Shown one piece after another: positions 61,429 through 64,000 of a DNA stretch of 64,000 bases (positions within the stretch are counted from its first letter, which is position 1; each line of letters begins with the position of its first letter). The notes beneath the pieces were generated by a model. The model was not told where the DNA came from. It did no database searches and saw only the letters and a program-made list of their open reading frames with translations. The DNA lies in assembly GCA_963666485.2 (NCBI GenBank), contig CAXXUO010000001.1, positions 1,248,001 to 1,312,000 of the forward strand. Reading direction: 5' to 3'. Both the position numbers and the translations under genes were made by a program. This DNA comes from Syntrophorhabdaceae bacterium. GTDB lineage: Bacteria; Desulfobacterota; Syntrophorhabdia; Syntrophorhabdales; Syntrophorhabdaceae.

Positions 61429-62210
61429 TGCTACTCGTCATTGATATCGGAAACACCAACATCGTATTTGGCGTCTATCATGAAGGCAAGCTCGTCAACC
61501 ACTGGCGTCTGTCGACCGCCATGACGAAGACGGTCGATGAATACGCCATTCTCCTCAACAGCCTTCTGTACATCGAAAAGATCAGGCTGAATGAGATACA
61601 CAGCGCAATATTATCATGCGTTGTCCCGCCGCTGCTCATTCCGTTCGAGATCGTGTGCAGGAAGTATATCGGCATCATGCCGATCGTTGTCGAGCCCGGC
61701 ATCAAGACCGGCATGCCCGTTCTCTACGAAAATGCCGTCGAGCTGGGCGCAGACCGTATCGTCAACGCGGTCGCCGGCTATGAAAAATACAAAAAGGCAC
61801 TCATCATCGTCGATTTCGGGACCGCTACGACGTTCGACTACATCACACCAAAAGGGGAGTATGCCGGCGGCTCCATCGCCCCGGGCATCCTCATCTCCCT
61901 CGATGCCCTCTTCGAGCGTGCGTCCAAGCTCCCGCGCGTCGAGCTCGTCCAGCCGAAGACCCTGATCAGCAAGAACACGGTCCAGGCGATGCAGGCAGGC
62001 ATCACCTACGGGTATGTCAGCCTTGTCGACGGGATCGTCAAGAGGATGAAGCAGGAGGTAAGGACCGATCCCCTCGTCATCGCGACGGGCGGACTGTCAA
62101 GCCTCATTTACAAGGGCTCGGAGACGATCGACGTCGTCGATGAGTTCCTGACGCTCGAGGGGCTCAAGATACTGTACGAAAAGAATAAGGACCATCATAA
62201 GTTTAAATAA
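61428..62210 (+). CDS. coaX: type III pantothenate kinase
   Basis: DIGNTN, GADR, DFGTATT, ATGG. Confidence 0.96.
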   Translation: MLLVIDIGNTNIVFGVYHEGKLVNHWRLSTAMTKTVDEYAILLNSLLYIEKIRLNEIHSAILSCVVPPLLIPFEIVCRKYIGIMPIVVEPGIKTGMPVLYENAVELGADRIVNAVAGYEKYKKALIIVDFGTATTFDYITPKGEYAGGSIAPGILISLDALFERASKLPRVELVQPKTLISKNTVQAMQAGITYGYVSLVDGIVKRMKQEVRTDPLVIATGGLSSLIYKGSETIDVVDEFLTLEGLKILYEKNKDHHKFK

Positions 62211-62245
62211 GTTCAAGGTTCAATGTTCAAGGTTCAACGTTAAAG
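62211..62245. repeat. single heptamer array (GTTCAAn x5), no partner arm
   Basis: gttcaag-gttcaat-gttcaag-gttcaac-gttaaag directly after the coaX stop. Confidence 0.8.
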
Positions 62246-62279
62246 AAGCTGAAAACCGGAAAGCGGCTTCAGCTTTTTT
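62246..62279 (+). terminator. putative rho-independent terminator
   Basis: AAGCTGAA...TTCAGCTT followed by a T run. Confidence 0.6.
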
Positions 62280-62331
62280 GACGAAAATGCACACTGGGCA
62301 TATATTGTCTTAGAAATATGCGAGGTGGAAG

Positions 62332-62943
62332 ATGAAAAAGAATGTTATCGCGGTCTTGTTTATATGTGCTATGGCCCTCCTGGGGTGTGCGGCATCGGTT
62401 GGGGTGGGAACCGGGTATTCATTTCTCGATACGATCCCGCCGGGCAGTGCGCCGGTGCCTGTGACGCAGGGGGAAAGGCCGGTTGTTGCCGTGGGTCCTG
62501 TCGGGGTCCCCGGGTACATTGTCCGGGCGAAAACGATAATGGAATCCACGATCAGCCTGGCCAATATTTCTTCGGCGGACGAAAGGGACGCTGTTCTCTA
62601 CAGGGAGATCCCGCGGGTCGTTACCGTAAATATCGGGAATCTCCTGGCACCGAAAGGGATTGCCGTCGTATCGACCGGCATGCGGTCGACCAAAGGGGAT
62701 TACAGGATCGCCGTCGATTTGAGCGCTTTTGATGTTACGCAGTTCAACACCCTTGAGACCAAGGGGCAATGGGCCCTGTATAAAGGCGCCGACGCAGCGC
62801 CGGTCACGGTCAGGAATATTTCTTTTTCGACGCCGATCGCAGGCAATGATACTGCCGCGGTCCGGTCGGCAATGAGCCGGGCCCTTGCGGATCTGGCCAC
62901 AATGATTGTCAGGGATTTTGAAGGGTCCCTCGGAACGAGGTAG
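62332..62943 (+). CDS. PqiC-like (ABC transport auxiliary) lipoprotein
   Basis: Lipobox LLGC; VAVGPVGVPGY; VRSAMSRALADLA. Confidence 0.7.
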   Translation: MKKNVIAVLFICAMALLGCAASVGVGTGYSFLDTIPPGSAPVPVTQGERPVVAVGPVGVPGYIVRAKTIMESTISLANISSADERDAVLYREIPRVVTVNIGNLLAPKGIAVVSTGMRSTKGDYRIAVDLSAFDVTQFNTLETKGQWALYKGADAAPVTVRNISFSTPIAGNDTAAVRSAMSRALADLATMIVRDFEGSLGTR

Positions 62944-62961
62944 TTCCCCGGGGAAATGTGA

Positions 62962-63072
62962 CTATTTCTCTGTTTTTTCTTCTACTTTGATCTTTTTCTT
63001 TTTAAGGCGTGTCTTGCCTGTCGAGCCGCGCCATATTTTTCCTCTTTTCGTCCGTTTGTCGCCTTTACCCAT
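62962..63072 (-). CDS. 30S ribosomal protein bTHX
   Basis: Not in ORF track. MGKGDKRTKRGKIWRGSTGKTRLKKKKIKVEEKTEK with AAGGAG RBS; matches the Thx signature GKGD..T.RGKI.RG..GK. Confidence 0.92.
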   Translation of the reverse strand: MGKGDKRTKRGKIWRGSTGKTRLKKKKIKVEEKTEK

Positions 63073-63233
63073 GCTTTTTGATCTCCTTTCCGGCGTTCTT
63101 TGCCGTTTAGACTGCCCGGCTAAAATTTCTTAGCGTAGGAGGCGGGGAAAAGTCAACCCTTTTTGCAGAAGACCCCCGTGTTGACGCCTTATAAGCCCGG
63201 GACGGGCGGAAAAAAAGTGCCTTTTATGATAAA

Positions 63234-63428
63234 ATGAGCCGTATGATCGTTCGGTTCATTTGTGCTAAATACCTCGCGGGAGAATGCAGGGATGACGAGG
63301 TGGAGACATGCGAGCACCGTCGGCCCCATCGCGCGTCCATCGTGTGCAACGACCCCCTGATCGTATGCGATGACGGGTCACCCACCCGGTGCATCCCCGT
63401 TCTCGATGCCGACAATATCGATGAGTGA
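63234..63428 (+). CDS. small Cys/His-rich hypothetical protein
   Basis: 64 aa with 6 Cys; fills an otherwise empty gap; no clear RBS. Confidence 0.45.
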   Translation: MSRMIVRFICAKYLAGECRDDEVETCEHRRPHRASIVCNDPLIVCDDGSPTRCIPVLDADNIDE

Positions 63429-63491
63429 TCCCTTAAAATAGTACAGCGCGCCGCGGGTTGTGTTATAGTAATTCTTCCCGGACCAACCGAT

Positions 63492-64000
63492 ATGGACCAG
63501 ACTGCAAGCCTGAAAAGAAATGCTCTCCTCGCCGCTGTCCTGAGTTCGTTCCTTGGGCCTTTTATCGCCTCGTCCATCACCGTCGCCCTGCCCGCCATAG
63601 GCTCCGACCTTTCCATGGATGCGATATCGCTTGGCTGGATCGCGACCGCGTATCTTCTTGCTGCCGCGGCATTCCTTGTCCCCGTGGGAAGGGCCTCCGA
63701 TATCTACGGCCGCAAGAGGACCTTCATCTGGGGGATGGTGCTGAGCATCATCTCTTCGGCCCTCGCCGCTTTTGCCACATCCGGCGCGTGGCTCATCGTC
63801 TGGCGGGTGGTCCAGGGCATAGGCAGTTCCATGATCTTCGGCACCGGCATAACCATCGTGACGTCCGTCTACCCCGTGAATGAGCGGGGCAGGGCCCTCG
63901 GGATAACCCTCACGTCCGTCTATATCGGCCTTTCCGCAGGCCCTTTCATCGGGGGCGTCCTGACATCGGCGTTCGGCTGGAGGAGCCTTTTCGTCGTCAA
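63492..64000 (+). CDS. MFS transporter, DHA2-like (partial)
   Basis: Not in ORF track. MDQTASLKR...VALPAIG...GRASDIYGRKR...ERGRALG; open to the window edge. Confidence 0.9.
   Translation, partial: MDQTASLKRNALLAAVLSSFLGPFIASSITVALPAIGSDLSMDAISLGWIATAYLLAAAAFLVPVGRASDIYGRKRTFIWGMVLSIISSALAAFATSGAWLIVWRVVQGIGSSMIFGTGITIVTSVYPVNERGRALGITLTSVYIGLSAGPFIGGVLTSAFGWRSLFVV

Overview
Mostly core-genome window (about 70 genes, 2 tRNAs) from an anaerobic deltaproteobacterium (Desulfobacterota; it looks Syntrophorhabdus-like, but that is an impression, not a search result). Content in order: ftsH-folP-cdaA-cdaR; a ~13.4 kb minus-strand operon yceD-rpmF-plsX-[acyl-CoA dehydrogenase]-fabD-fabG-acpP-fabF-rpiB-glyA-deaminase-nrdR-ribD-ribE-ribBA-ribH-nusB-NYN; a sulfur/tRNA cluster (UPF0280, NIL-ferredoxin, nifS, mtaB); prmA-purN; ftsY; sua5; tatA; tRNA-Glu; rdgB-rph; trxB; tRNA-Gly; a two-component system with degP; pilC; dprA-topA-trmFO-bioB; rarA-thiL-yhaM-rsmE; nupC; a core methionine synthase; an EF-G paralog-birA-coaX; and a ribosomal bTHX gene missed by the ORF track. 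I found no CRISPR, phage or transposase genes. Most notable: (1) ten intergenic elements built from 7-nt tandem arrays, nine as inverted pairs, whose unit sequences differ but share a GY register; (2) a symmetric ~310-bp element with two hairpins whose 12-nt loops are exact complements; (3) an acyl-CoA dehydrogenase in the fabH position of the fab operon; (4) CGTC-type REP palindromes, one split by a MITE-like insertion; (5) a DnaA-box cluster. All calls come from reading motifs by eye; no searches were run.
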